DNA of 63,874 nt, filler included, from Sandaracinaceae bacterium (GCA_947483975.1; 6 parts of 6 records of this genome joined end to end with filler, not necessarily neighbours in it); one strand, 5' to 3'. Shown: positions 40,079 through 50,857, counted from the first letter of the whole stretch. The notes: a model not told the origin generated them from the letters alone. Program-made: numbers and translations.

Positions 40079-40983
40079 GTCGAACGACCGCCTGCGTCGA
40101 GGAGCCCCGCGCTATCCGAGGGCACGCGCTCGCGCAGGAATTTCTCGATGCGCAGCTCGAGCGAGGCGGGCTGCTCCATCGGCGCGGCGTGCGTCGCGCC
40201 CCGTAGCTCGAAGTACTCCGCGCCGGGGATGCGCTCGGCCATGAAGCGCGAGAGCGCGGGCGGCGTGAAGGTGTCGCGCTCGCCCGAGACGACGAGCACC
40301 GGCACATCGATGCCCGTGAGCGCGTCCTCTGCGCTGTGCTCACCCGCGCGCTCGAGCATCTCGAGGAAGAGGTCCGGGTCCATGCTCGCGAGGTGCTCCA
40401 TGTACCGGACGAAGTCCTCCTCCGGCAGCGTGAGCCCGTCGATCTCACCGAGCAGATTCGCGAGGCGGAACGAGAGCCGCGTCGGCATCCGCCCCCACAG
40501 CCCGCGCGCGAGCCCGCGGTGCTTGCGGACGAAGTCGATCACGTTCGGCAGCACGTTGTTGAGCGTGTCGCTGCCGTGGAAGGTCATCGTCACGCGCCCA
40601 TAGCTGCCCGAGACGAGCACGAGCGCGGCGGTGCGCGTCGGGTGTCGGCGCCACGTCTCGAGGCAGACCTGCGTGCCCATCGAGTGCCCGATGTGCACGG
40701 GGCGCTCTGCGCCTACCGCGTCGAGCACGGAGACGAGATCGTCCGCGAGGTCCGCGATGCCGATGCGCGTGCGGTCGCGCGGCGCGCCGCTCCGGCCGTG
40801 CCCGCGGTAGTGCCAGTGCACGACCGTGTGCGTCGCCGCGAAGTGCGGCTGCAGGTGCTCCCAGGACCAGCCATCACAGCCGATCCCGTCGTCGAGCAAC
40901 AGCACGGGGCCCCGCCCACGCACGCCGTAGAAGAGACGCGTGCCGTCAGGCGCGGTCGCGAAGCCGGTCCGGTCGTACTCCAT
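40075..40983 (-). CDS. Alpha/beta hydrolase
   Basis: YRGHGRS, GHSMG nucleophile, GERDTFTP, ATH. Confidence 0.92.
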   Translation of the reverse strand: MEYDRTGFATAPDGTRLFYGVRGRGPVLLLDDGIGCDGWSWEHLQPHFAATHTVVHWHYRGHGRSGAPRDRTRIGIADLADDLVSVLDAVGAERPVHIGHSMGTQVCLETWRRHPTRTAALVLVSGSYGRVTMTFHGSDTLNNVLPNVIDFVRKHRGLARGLWGRMPTRLSFRLANLLGEIDGLTLPEEDFVRYMEHLASMDPDLFLEMLERAGEHSAEDALTGIDVPVLVVSGERDTFTPPALSRFMAERIPGAEYFELRGATHAAPMEQPASLELRIEKFLRERVPSDSAGLLDAGGRST

Positions 40984-40999
40984 CGCCTAGCGTCGAGTC

Positions 41000-41212
41000 T
41001 TATTCGTCTTCGCGACCACGGAGGTCGTCGCCCTCGGCGTCGTCGGGCTCGTTGACGCTCGGGAGCTTGCGAATGTCGGGGAGGCCGATCTTCACGCAAC
41101 GCTGCACGATCCAAGAGAGCGAGCGGTCGAGCCGCGCCGCTTCCTTCTGGATCTCCTGCAGCATCGACTCGGGGAAGTAGAGACTCTGCTTTCGCTTGTC
41201 GGTGCCAGCCAT
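41000..41212 (-). CDS. TIGR04563 (MXAN_4361/4362-type) small RHH-like protein
   Basis: DKRKQSLYFPESML.EI..EA.RLDRSLSWIVQ; GGAG RBS; candidate TTGACA-N18-TAGTAC promoter at 41333-41304. Confidence 0.85.
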   Translation of the reverse strand: MAGTDKRKQSLYFPESMLQEIQKEAARLDRSLSWIVQRCVKIGLPDIRKLPSVNEPDDAEGDDLRGREDE

Positions 41213-41367
41213 GAACGCCGTTCTCCTCCCAGTGCGCCCACGCCCCCGATGCCGCCCCGATCGGTGGGCTCATGTCGGTGACCGCGTCCGCGTGTGCCTC
41301 GTGGTACTACACGGGGACACGTCGGCCTGTCAATGCAGGCGGCGGAGATGCGGAGCCCGGAGGCAAG

Positions 41368-42783
41368 ATGCGGCGGAAGTTCGAGCGAGTTTCTGGGCTG
41401 CGAATGGTGGCGCGCGTCGAGGCGGTGCTGCGGACCGTCGGTCCGGTGGCGGGGGGCGCGGTCTTCGGCGGGCTGGTCGTGGCGGCGCTGTTCGTCGCGG
41501 GGGTCGCGCGCGCGGTGCCCGAGCGGGCGAGCCCGTTCCGCAACCTCGGCGTGTTCGCGCGGGCGCTCGCGCACGTCGAGACCAGCTACGTCGAGGAGGT
41601 CGATCAGGACGCGCTCATTCACGGCGCCATCCGCGGCATGATCGCGACGCTCGATCCGCACAGCGCGTACATGGACCCCGAGGAGTATCGGATCCTGACG
41701 AGCGACACCCAGGGGCGCTTCGGCGGGATCGGCGTCGAGATCGACATCCGCGACGGCTGGCTGACGATCAGCGCCTGCTTCGAGGACGGCCCCGCGGCGC
41801 ACGCGGGGCTGCGCGCGGGCGATCAGTTCCTCGCGATCGATGGGCGCGGCGCGCGGGACCTGCCGATCGACGAGGCGGTGCGCGTGATGCGCGGGGAGCC
41901 CGGCACCGAGGTGCACATTCGCATCCGGCGCCCCGGCACCGACACCGCGCTCGAGCTGACGGTGCGCCGTGAGCTGATCCACGTGCAGGCGGTGACGGCG
42001 CGCTTGCTGCCGGACCGCGTGCTCTACGTGAAGCTGCGCAGCTTTCAGGAGACGACGACCGACGAGCTGCGGCACGCGCTCGACGCGGGCGCGGCCGAGA
42101 GCGCGCGGTCGGGCGGGCTGCGCGGGCTCGTGCTCGATATGCGCGACAACCCGGGCGGGCTGCTCGATCAGGCGGTGCTCGTCTCCGACGAGTTCCTCGC
42201 GCGCGGCGTGATCGTCTCGACGAAGGGGCGCGGCGGGGAGCTGCTCGGCGAGTCCACCGCCCGGAGCGCCGGCACGCGCCCCGACTGGCCGATCGTCGTG
42301 CTGGTCAACGGCTTCACGGCGAGCGCCGCGGAGATCGTCGCCGGCGCGCTCCAGGACAATCATCGCGCGGTGATCATCGGCACGCGCACCTGGGGCAAGG
42401 GCAGCGTGCAGAGCGTGATCGAGCTGCCCGATCAGAGCGCGCTCAAGCTGACCATCGCGCGCTACTACACGCCGAGCGGCCGCTCGATCCAAGCCGAGGG
42501 CATCGCGCCCGACGTCCTCGTCGAGCAATTCGACGCGGCGACGCTCGTGACGGCGCGAGGCGCGAGCGCGCGCGACGCGCTCAACGAGGCGTCGCTCGAG
42601 CGGCACCTCGTCAACGATGGCGCGGGGCCCGTCGCGCTCGCGCCGACGACGCCGCTCGCCCGTGACGAGGTGCGCAGCGGCGCGCAGCCGAGCGCCGTCG
42701 CCGGCGAGCCCTTCGCGGACGATTTCCAGGCGCGCATGGCGTACCAGGCGCTCCGTGCGATCCTGGCTTCCCGCCAAGACTGA
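41368..42783 (+). CDS. ctpA: Carboxyl-terminal processing protease, S41 family
   Basis: LDPHSAYM, FGGIG PDZ, LDMRDNPGGLL, TASAAEIVAGALQD, TWGKGSVQ, RYYTPSGRSIQ. Confidence 0.93.
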   Translation: MRRKFERVSGLRMVARVEAVLRTVGPVAGGAVFGGLVVAALFVAGVARAVPERASPFRNLGVFARALAHVETSYVEEVDQDALIHGAIRGMIATLDPHSAYMDPEEYRILTSDTQGRFGGIGVEIDIRDGWLTISACFEDGPAAHAGLRAGDQFLAIDGRGARDLPIDEAVRVMRGEPGTEVHIRIRRPGTDTALELTVRRELIHVQAVTARLLPDRVLYVKLRSFQETTTDELRHALDAGAAESARSGGLRGLVLDMRDNPGGLLDQAVLVSDEFLARGVIVSTKGRGGELLGESTARSAGTRPDWPIVVLVNGFTASAAEIVAGALQDNHRAVIIGTRTWGKGSVQSVIELPDQSALKLTIARYYTPSGRSIQAEGIAPDVLVEQFDAATLVTARGASARDALNEASLERHLVNDGAGPVALAPTTPLARDEVRSGAQPSAVAGEPFADDFQARMAYQALRAILASRQD

Positions 42784-42795
42784 GCCCGCCCGCCT

Positions 42796-43731
42796 ATGGC
42801 CAACCTCGGGTACATGCAGGTCGTTCGTCACTGCAATCAGTACTGCCGGTTCTGCTCGAATCCGTCGTCGGGCTACATGCTCGACCTCGAGACGGCGAAG
42901 CGGCAGGTCGACGACTTCGCGGAGCGCGGCTACTTCGGGATCATCCTGACGGGCGGTGAGCCCTCGCTGTCGGAGCTGATCCCCGAGATCAGCCGCTACG
43001 CGACCGCGCGCGGCCTGCACGTTCGTATGATCACCAACGGTTCTCGGCTCGCCCAGGACGGCGTCGCCGAGGCGTACCTCGACGCCGGCCTGCGCCACTT
43101 CCACGTCAGCCTGCACTCGTGTCGCCCGGAGCTCGAGGACTTCCTCACGGGCGTCAAAGGCAGTCATGAGCAGGCGATGCGCGCGCTCGAGAACCTCGGG
43201 CGCGTCGGCGCGACGGTCAACGTCAACACCGTCATCAACAAGTTCAACGCCGATCACCTCGACGAGAACGTGAAGCGTTGGACGGCGCAGTTCCCGTTCA
43301 TCAGCCACTTCGTGTGGAACAACCTCGACCCGTCGATGGGGCGCGCGGAGACGAACCGCGACACCGCGCACCGGCTCGCAGACTTCGAGCTCTCGCTCGC
43401 GCGCGCGATGCGGCACCTGCACAAGCTCGGCCGCACGTTCCGCGTCGAGCGAGTGCCGCTCTGCTACATGACCGAGTTCGCGCACTGCTCGACCGAGACG
43501 CGCAAGATCGTCAAAGGCGAGGAGCGCATCGTTCACTTCCTCGACGACAAGGGCACGATCCGGCAGACGGACTTCAAGCACCCGAAGGCCGAGGTCTGCG
43601 GCTCGTGCACGCTCGACGAGGTCTGCGGCGGGCTCTTCGAGCTAGGCGATCACTACGACCTCGGGGAGCTGTATCCGGTCTTCGTGCCGGTCGAGGACGT
43701 CGTTCGGAAGGTCCTGGCGGACCCGGACTGA
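42796..43731 (+). CDS. Radical SAM protein with C-terminal Cys cluster
   Basis: CNQYCRFC, TGGEP, ITNG, VPLC, CGSCTLDEVCGG. Confidence 0.9.
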   Translation: MANLGYMQVVRHCNQYCRFCSNPSSGYMLDLETAKRQVDDFAERGYFGIILTGGEPSLSELIPEISRYATARGLHVRMITNGSRLAQDGVAEAYLDAGLRHFHVSLHSCRPELEDFLTGVKGSHEQAMRALENLGRVGATVNVNTVINKFNADHLDENVKRWTAQFPFISHFVWNNLDPSMGRAETNRDTAHRLADFELSLARAMRHLHKLGRTFRVERVPLCYMTEFAHCSTETRKIVKGEERIVHFLDDKGTIRQTDFKHPKAEVCGSCTLDEVCGGLFELGDHYDLGELYPVFVPVEDVVRKVLADPD

Positions 43732-43812
43732 GGCGCGCTCGCGGCGGTCGGGCGGGGCGCGGCGCCGCGCGAGGAGGCGCCCGCTGCGCCGAGGACGTGG
43801 TACACGGCGCGC

Positions 43813-43982
43813 ATGGAAAAGCGCGACCCGCTGATGCCGATCGTGCTGCTCGGAGCGCTCCTCGTCGGGGCGGTGCTCTATGTGCTCGTGCTGCGCGGGG
43901 AGAACGCGACGCTCCGCGCGCGGCTCGCGCACCGAGCGCCGCCGCCGGTCGCTGCTGCTGCGCCCGAGCCCACGGCGGCTCC
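43813..43982 (+). CDS. Membrane-anchored hypothetical protein (truncated)
   Basis: MEKRDPLMPIVLLGALLVGAVLYVLVLR TM helix. Confidence 0.5.
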
Positions 43983-44082
43983 NNNNNNNNNNNNNNNNNN
44001 NNNNNNNNNNNNNNNNNNNNNNNNNNTTAATTAATTAANNNNNNNNNNNNNNNNNNNNNNNNNNNNNNNNNNNNNNNNNNNN
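43983..44082. other. Artificial contig linker
   Basis: N44-TTAATTAATTAA-N44. Confidence 0.98.
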
Positions 44083-44209
44083 CCAGCAGCCCGAGCCAGG
44101 TCAGCGGCCACACATCGCGCACGCGGCGCGCGAGGCTGAGCCCCTGACGCCCCCAGCGCTTCAGCCGTCCGCCGCTCGGCGTCTCGCTCACGGGCGCGGT
44201 CTCGCTCAC
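44083..44209 (-). CDS. N-terminus of membrane protein, possibly DUF58-like (truncated)
   Basis: RVRDVWPLTWLGLL resembles DUF58 N-termini; very short. Confidence 0.35.
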
Positions 44210-44222
44210 TTCGGGGTGCTCG

Positions 44223-44933
44223 TCAAAGGCCGCACCCACCCGTGCGGGTCGAGGGGTAGAAGGGCGGCGGCGCGACCTGGATGTGCGGCACCGGCGGCGG
44301 CTCGAGGCAGCCGACGCGCCGGAACACCGTCGGGTCGTTGACCGAGCGGCCGCCGTCGTTGTTGACCGATTGGAACTCTTGGATCGTCGGATCGATCTGC
44401 CCGGAGAAGTGATCGAGGTTGTAGCTGCCCAGCCCCGGCGAGTTGCCGCAGAAGCTGTCCTTCACGCGCCACGACGTGCCCCAGAAGTGCACGAGGCCGT
44501 TCACCTCGGTGCCCTCCGCCGGCATGAAGACCGTCCAATGGTCGAGCCCCGAGCGGCACGCGGGCGGCTCCGCCTCTTGCGTCGTGCCGTTCCACGAGTG
44601 CGACTCGATCTCGCCGACCAGGTCCGGCGAGCCTGCAGCCTTTCGCCGGATGCGCAGGGTGAACATGTACCAGTCTTGGTAGTCCGGGTTGTAGGTGTGC
44701 GAGAGCCACACGCCTTCGACGCCGTCCGTGCAGGTGGCCGGAGGCGGTAGCCGCGCGCGCTGCTCTTCGATCGTAGCGCGCCCGATCCCCGGGAACAGCA
44801 CCACGGCCGCGAGCGCTGCCGCGACGAGCGAGAGGATCGCTCGGCGACGAGGGCGGGTGCGCCGCGGGGCGGCAGGTTCGGGACCGAGCACGGGCGGATG
44901 ATAGCGCGTCACGGCGGGCACGGTTCGCAGCAT
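44223..44933 (-). CDS. Exported beta-rich Cys-containing hypothetical protein
   Basis: Basic/hydrophobic leader, ATIEEQRARLPPPA.C...GVW; ends GGCGL; start uncertain. Confidence 0.7.
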   Translation of the reverse strand: MLRTVPAVTRYHPPVLGPEPAAPRRTRPRRRAILSLVAAALAAVVLFPGIGRATIEEQRARLPPPATCTDGVEGVWLSHTYNPDYQDWYMFTLRIRRKAAGSPDLVGEIESHSWNGTTQEAEPPACRSGLDHWTVFMPAEGTEVNGLVHFWGTSWRVKDSFCGNSPGLGSYNLDHFSGQIDPTIQEFQSVNNDGGRSVNDPTVFRRVGCLEPPPVPHIQVAPPPFYPSTRTGGCGL

Positions 44934-44996
44934 TGAACGATGGCCGACAACGCGTTCTTCCCTCGGTTCCGTAGAATGCCGCAGACGCTCCCGGCG

Positions 44997-45743
44997 TCAG
45001 GTGACCTTCTCCGCGTACGTCATCACGAGGTACATCACCGCCTCGACCGTGCCTGCGTTGCGGTACGAGTGCACGACGTCCGCTTCGAAGAGGATCGCGT
45101 CCCCGGCGGCGAGCGAGTGCTCCTCGTCGACGATCGTGATCTCGACCGCGCCCTGCGAGAGCACGAGGTTCTCGACGGTGCCGGGCGGGTGCGGCTCGGC
45201 GTCCTCCGTCGTGCCGGGGGCGAGGCGCAGCTCGTAGAGTTCCACGTTGCGGGGGGCGTCGAACGGGAAGAGCGCGCGCGACACGAAGCGCCCGTCCGCC
45301 GAGGTCAGCCGCTTGGCGGTGTTCGCCCGCAGCACGTGGGTCGTGCCCGCGCCGCGGTGCGTGATCAGCGTCGAGAACGGCACGCCGAGGGCGCGCGCGA
45401 TCTTCCAGAGCACGTTGATCGTGGGCGTGCTCTGTCCGAGCTCGACCTGCCCGAGCATCGCGCGGCTGACGCCTGACGCCTTCGCGAGCCGCTCGAGCGA
45501 GAGCCCGCGTTGCGTGCGCAGGCGGCGCAGGTTCTCTCCGACGACGGGCGTCAGATCCTGCGAAGCGCCCCCCGGCGCGACCTCCCCCGCGGCAGGTTGC
45601 TCCTCGGGGACGGCGGGCGGTGGCGCAGCGGCGGGCCTCGGCGCGCTCGGCAGGACCGTGGGCGCCGGCTTCTGCGTGGACTTCGGCTGCGCCTTCGGCG
45701 TGGACTTCGGCGTGGAGGGCGTGGCGGGGCGCTTCGGCGGCAT
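44997..45743 (-). CDS. XRE HTH + cupin transcriptional regulator
   Basis: VGENLRRLRTQRGLSLERLAKASGVSRAMLGQVE; cupin HPPGTVE...GDAILF..HSYRN. Confidence 0.92.
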   Translation of the reverse strand: MPPKRPATPSTPKSTPKAQPKSTQKPAPTVLPSAPRPAAAPPPAVPEEQPAAGEVAPGGASQDLTPVVGENLRRLRTQRGLSLERLAKASGVSRAMLGQVELGQSTPTINVLWKIARALGVPFSTLITHRGAGTTHVLRANTAKRLTSADGRFVSRALFPFDAPRNVELYELRLAPGTTEDAEPHPPGTVENLVLSQGAVEITIVDEEHSLAAGDAILFEADVVHSYRNAGTVEAVMYLVMTYAEKVT

Positions 45744-46058
45744 GAGAGCGACGTTGTCCGTCGTTTCGCCGGTGAGGGTCAAGGGGGAGGGCGCCTGACG
45801 CCCTGGTGCACCTCGCCATCCCAGGCTCCTGTACGCTTGACGTACGACGTCGGGCCGGTGCCCTTCTCGTCCCTGAACGAGTCCCTTCGCTGCAAGGAGA
45901 CGGCAGCCGCAATGAGCGCCAACGCGCCCGCTGGCGTGCTGCACGTTCCCGCCAATCGCATCAGCGGCGTCGTCGCTGGCGAGCGGCGCATGACGGCCGA
46001 TGCGGCGCCGCGGCTCGCGCGCCGATCCTCGAATTTCAGCCGGTTTTCGTGAACTTGA

Positions 46059-46245
46059 CCGTCCGACCGCGGTTCCCGCGGATGCTTTTCACCAACCTCG
46101 CCGTCCGACCGCGGTTCCCGCTGATGCTTTTCACCAACCTCGCCGTCCGACCGCGGTTCCCGCAGATGCTTCTCACCAACCTCGCCGTCCGACCGCGGTT
46201 CCCGCGGATGCTTCTCACCAACCTCGCCGTCCGACCGCCGCTCCC
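46059..46245. repeat. 42-bp tandem repeat, four full copies plus degenerate flanks
   Basis: Unit CCGTCCGACCGCGGTTCCCGCNGATGCTTYTCACCAACCTCG at 46059, 46101, 46143, 46185; partial at 46227. Confidence 0.95.
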
Positions 46246-46298
46246 ATCGCCGCCCACCTCCACTCGGCGCACCGCCGCGACGGTGATCCCAGCCGAAA

Positions 46299-46340
46299 CT
46301 CCCTCGCGCCGGCGCCCTCGGGGGGAGGGCTGGGGAGGGG
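46299..46340. repeat. Degenerate REP-like element
   Basis: CTCCCTC...GGGGGAGGGCTGGGGAGGGG, resembling CCCTCTCCC/GGGAGAGGG-type REPs. Confidence 0.4.
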
Positions 46341-46438
46341 AGCGCGAATCCCCCGAGCGGGAATAGGTAGCCCTCGAGGCTGAGCCTCCCAGTGGGCCAT
46401 TGACCGCGCGTCGCGCCCGCGCGACCTTACCCTCCGCA

Positions 46439-46891
46439 ATGGGGGACTCCAAAGGCCGACACCTCGACCTCGACGCCGACACCGTGCGCGACCTGCTCCA
46501 ATCGGGCGGCTGGCCCTGCGAGCGCATCGCGCCGGACACCTGGCGCAGCCACTTCCGCGGCAAGCGCGCGAGCTTCCCGTTCTTCGTCAAGGTCGGCGAG
46601 GGCGACGGGACGGGCGAGGGCGCCGGCTTCGTCACCTTCGCGATCCTCTCCTTCCTGAAGTCCCCCGAGGACCCCGCCCTCGCGGCGCGGCTCTACACGC
46701 GCCTGCTCGAGCTGAATCAGCACGTGCTGATGGCCAAGTTCTCGATCGACGACGACCTCGACGTCGTGCTCTCGGTCGAATATCCGACCGCCGAGATCGA
46801 CCGCAGCGAGTTCGTCGACGCGCTCGACGTGCTCGGCTACTACGCAGACCGGCACTACGACGAGCTCAAGACCTTGGCGTCGCCCGACTGA
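46439..46891 (+). CDS. YbjN/CesT-like chaperone-fold protein
   Basis: LYTRLLELN...AKFSIDDDLDVVLSVE; TACCCT just upstream suggests a leaderless start. Confidence 0.75.
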   Translation: MGDSKGRHLDLDADTVRDLLQSGGWPCERIAPDTWRSHFRGKRASFPFFVKVGEGDGTGEGAGFVTFAILSFLKSPEDPALAARLYTRLLELNQHVLMAKFSIDDDLDVVLSVEYPTAEIDRSEFVDALDVLGYYADRHYDELKTLASPD

Positions 46892-47013
46892 AGAGCCGTC
46901 GAAAAATGCCCGATAGCGGCTTACGTCCTCACGCGGACCCTGCGAAATACAGGAGTATTCCTCGGGTCCGCGCTCCGGGCGCGCTCGCTCTCGGACTATT
47001 TTTCTACAGCTCT
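46892..47013. mobile_element. 122-bp MITE-like element
   Basis: Left end AGAGCCGTCGAAAAATGCCCGA vs reverse-complemented right end AGAGCTGTAGAAAAATAGTCCGA; TGA on both flanks; internal stem CGCGGACCC/GGGTCCGCG. Confidence 0.7.
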
Positions 47014-47106
47014 TGAGCCGCATGACCCGCGCGCGGTCGGCGCGTTGCCCCATGACGCGCTGCGCCTTGCGATTTTTGCCGCTCGGCGGGATGTTCTGCG
47101 CCCTCT

Positions 47107-48609
<1,503 letters not shown>

Positions 48610-48762
48610 CCCGCCTCGAGGGCAGCAATCTTGCCCGGCGGGAGGCGGGCGCGCGCGTTCGCGCTAAGGTGCCGCTCCCCCTGCTGAATCGAGGCCCAGC
48701 CTGCTCTACGAGAATCACTCCACAGCCCCCCGCAGCGTTCGTAACCTCCCCGGAGGCGCCCG

Positions 48763-49233
48763 ATGAGCAGCAATTTCTCTCCCGGCAAGCGCCAGCGCGA
48801 GATGGAACAGGCCAAGAAGAAGCAGGACAAGGCGCACAAGCGCGCGCAGCGCCGTGACCGTCCCGCCGGTGAGTCCGAGTTCGTCAGCGCCGCTGACGTG
48901 CAGGGCAATATGCCGTCGATCGAAGAGGCCATGCGCAACATCGAGAACCCGAGCGCGACGCCGCGCTCCGCGTCGAGCATCGTCGCGCGCTTGTTCGTCG
49001 GCTCGCTGAGCGACGAGACGACCGAGGCGGATCTCCGCGACGCGTTTGGTCAGTTCGGCTTGGTCGCTGACGCGATCGTGATGGTGGACCGCGACACGCG
49101 GGCGCCGCGCGGCTTCGGCTTCGTGACGATGGCTGACCGGCGCGACGCCCCGAAGGCGATCGAGGCGCTTCACGGGGCCGAGATCAAGGGCCGCAACATC
49201 GTCGTCAACGTGGCGACCGAGCGGCAGCGCTAG
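48763..49233 (+). CDS. RRM RNA-binding protein with basic N-terminal extension
   Basis: RLFVGSL (RNP2), RGFGFVTM (RNP1), GRNIVVNVA. Confidence 0.92.
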   Translation: MSSNFSPGKRQREMEQAKKKQDKAHKRAQRRDRPAGESEFVSAADVQGNMPSIEEAMRNIENPSATPRSASSIVARLFVGSLSDETTEADLRDAFGQFGLVADAIVMVDRDTRAPRGFGFVTMADRRDAPKAIEALHGAEIKGRNIVVNVATERQR

Positions 49234-49241
49234 CGCCTCTG

Positions 49242-49901
49242 ATGCGCCTCCTCGCGGAGCTCGAAGCCGAGCACGCCCTGATCGAGCAAGCGCTCGGCGC
49301 GCTGCGCACCTACGTCCGCACCCGGCTCGCCGGTGCGGACGACCGCGCACCCGCCGCGCGCTTCGTGCGCTTCTTTCGCGCTTTCGTGGGCGGCTATCAC
49401 CACGACCGCGAGGAGCTCGTGCTGTTCCCGGCGCTCGCGCGGGAGCTCGCTCTCCCCGTCGCGCGCGGACCGATCGCCGCGATGCTCACGCAGCACCACG
49501 AGCTCGCGGCTCAGCTCGACGCGCTCGCCGTCCTGCTCGATGGCGCGCTCGACGGCGTCGCCGAGCGCACCGCCGCCGAGGCGCTGTCGAAGGCTTACGC
49601 AGAGCGCCTCTGGCAGCACCTCGACGCCGAGAACAGCGTGCTCTTCCCAGAGAGTCAGTCGCGCCTCGGGCGGGCGGGCGTCTACGAGCTCCCGACCCGC
49701 GAGCCGAGCGACGACGAGGCCGCCGCGCGCGCCGACGGCGAGCAGCTCGTGCGCGAGTTTCCGCCCGTCTACGACCCGACCGTGCTGCGCGGCGAGGGCT
49801 GCATCATGTGCCCCTCGTTCGGCGTGACCTGCGACGGCATCGAGCGCGAGTGGTGGAACGAGTCGGAGTGGAGCGACTTTCTCGCGCGCGACGGCGACTG
49901 A
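49242..49901 (+). CDS. Hemerythrin (HHE) domain protein with C-terminal Cys motif
   Basis: EH, HHDREELVLFP, QHH, HLDAENSVLFP; CIMCPSFGVTCDG. Confidence 0.88.
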   Translation: MRLLAELEAEHALIEQALGALRTYVRTRLAGADDRAPAARFVRFFRAFVGGYHHDREELVLFPALARELALPVARGPIAAMLTQHHELAAQLDALAVLLDGALDGVAERTAAEALSKAYAERLWQHLDAENSVLFPESQSRLGRAGVYELPTREPSDDEAAARADGEQLVREFPPVYDPTVLRGEGCIMCPSFGVTCDGIEREWWNESEWSDFLARDGD

Positions 49902-49937
49902 CCCGCGCGACGCCGCTCCGGCTCCGATTCGGCGCGC

Positions 49938-50705
49938 TCAGCGCCTCCCGAGCAGGGCGAAGCTCGCGCCCTGCGGGTCGGTGCCTGCGGTGATGAAGCC
50001 CCCGCCCGGGATCTCGTGCGGCTCCATCTGGATCGTCCCGCCGCTCGCCTTCACGCGCGCCGCCGCCTCGTCGATGTTGCCGACCCCGAGGTAGTACTTC
50101 CAGTGCGGCATCGGCACGCCGGGCGGCATCGACATCACGCCGCCTAGCTCCTCGTCGCCGAGCCCGAACGTCTGATAGACGCCCATCGGGCCGAGGTCCA
50201 TCGCGCGCTTTTTCTCCCAGCCGAACATCGCCGCGTAGAAGTCGAACACCGCCGCGCCGTCGCGCGCGTAGAGCTCGTGCCAGCCGACATGCCCCGGCTG
50301 CCCCGGCGTGCGCGCCGTGCCCTTCGAGGAAGCCGCCGGCGTGAACAGCATCAGCGCGGCGCCCTGCGGGTCCATGATCAGCGCGAAGCGACCGACGTCG
50401 GGGATCTCCATCGCCGGCTTGGGCGCCGAGCCGCCGAGCGCTTTCGCCTTCTCGAGCGCCGCGTCGACGTCATCGACCGCGACGTAGCCGAGCCAGCACG
50501 GCGGCGCGTTCATCGCGCGCGCGTCCTCGGGTAGCTCCATCAAGCCCGCGACCTGGGCGTCGCCCTGCTTGAACATCGCGTACGGCCTGCCGGGCATCTG
50601 CCCGTCCACCGCGGTCCAGCCCACGAGCTTCGTGTAGAAGTCGCGCGCCCCAGCGAGATCCTTCGTCATCAGCTCGTACCAGACGAAACGCCCTTCGTTC
50701 GACAT
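49938..50705 (-). CDS. VOC/glyoxalase family protein, two domains
   Basis: FVWYELMT, WLGYVAVDDVD, DPQGA twice, WHEL. Confidence 0.92.
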   Translation of the reverse strand: MSNEGRFVWYELMTKDLAGARDFYTKLVGWTAVDGQMPGRPYAMFKQGDAQVAGLMELPEDARAMNAPPCWLGYVAVDDVDAALEKAKALGGSAPKPAMEIPDVGRFALIMDPQGAALMLFTPAASSKGTARTPGQPGHVGWHELYARDGAAVFDFYAAMFGWEKKRAMDLGPMGVYQTFGLGDEELGGVMSMPPGVPMPHWKYYLGVGNIDEAAARVKASGGTIQMEPHEIPGGGFITAGTDPQGASFALLGRR

Positions 50706-50857
50706 TTGCGGCTCCTCGGGAGGTGAGATCCTCCCACCTCGTCTGTTTCCCGGGCCGGGCCTTGGCAAGTGGCTCGTCGTCGGCGCGGGACCGCCTCGCG
50801 CTGACCGACCGAAGCCGCGTCTTCCTCGGCGCGTCGCGTCGCCGTAGCATCGCCGTG

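Noticed and set aside
45779..45991. 70-aa ORF upstream of the XRE gene
   Set aside because: No motif or convincing RBS.
46059..46245. CRISPR array
   Set aside because: Units are head-to-tail with no unique spacers, and no cas genes are in the window.
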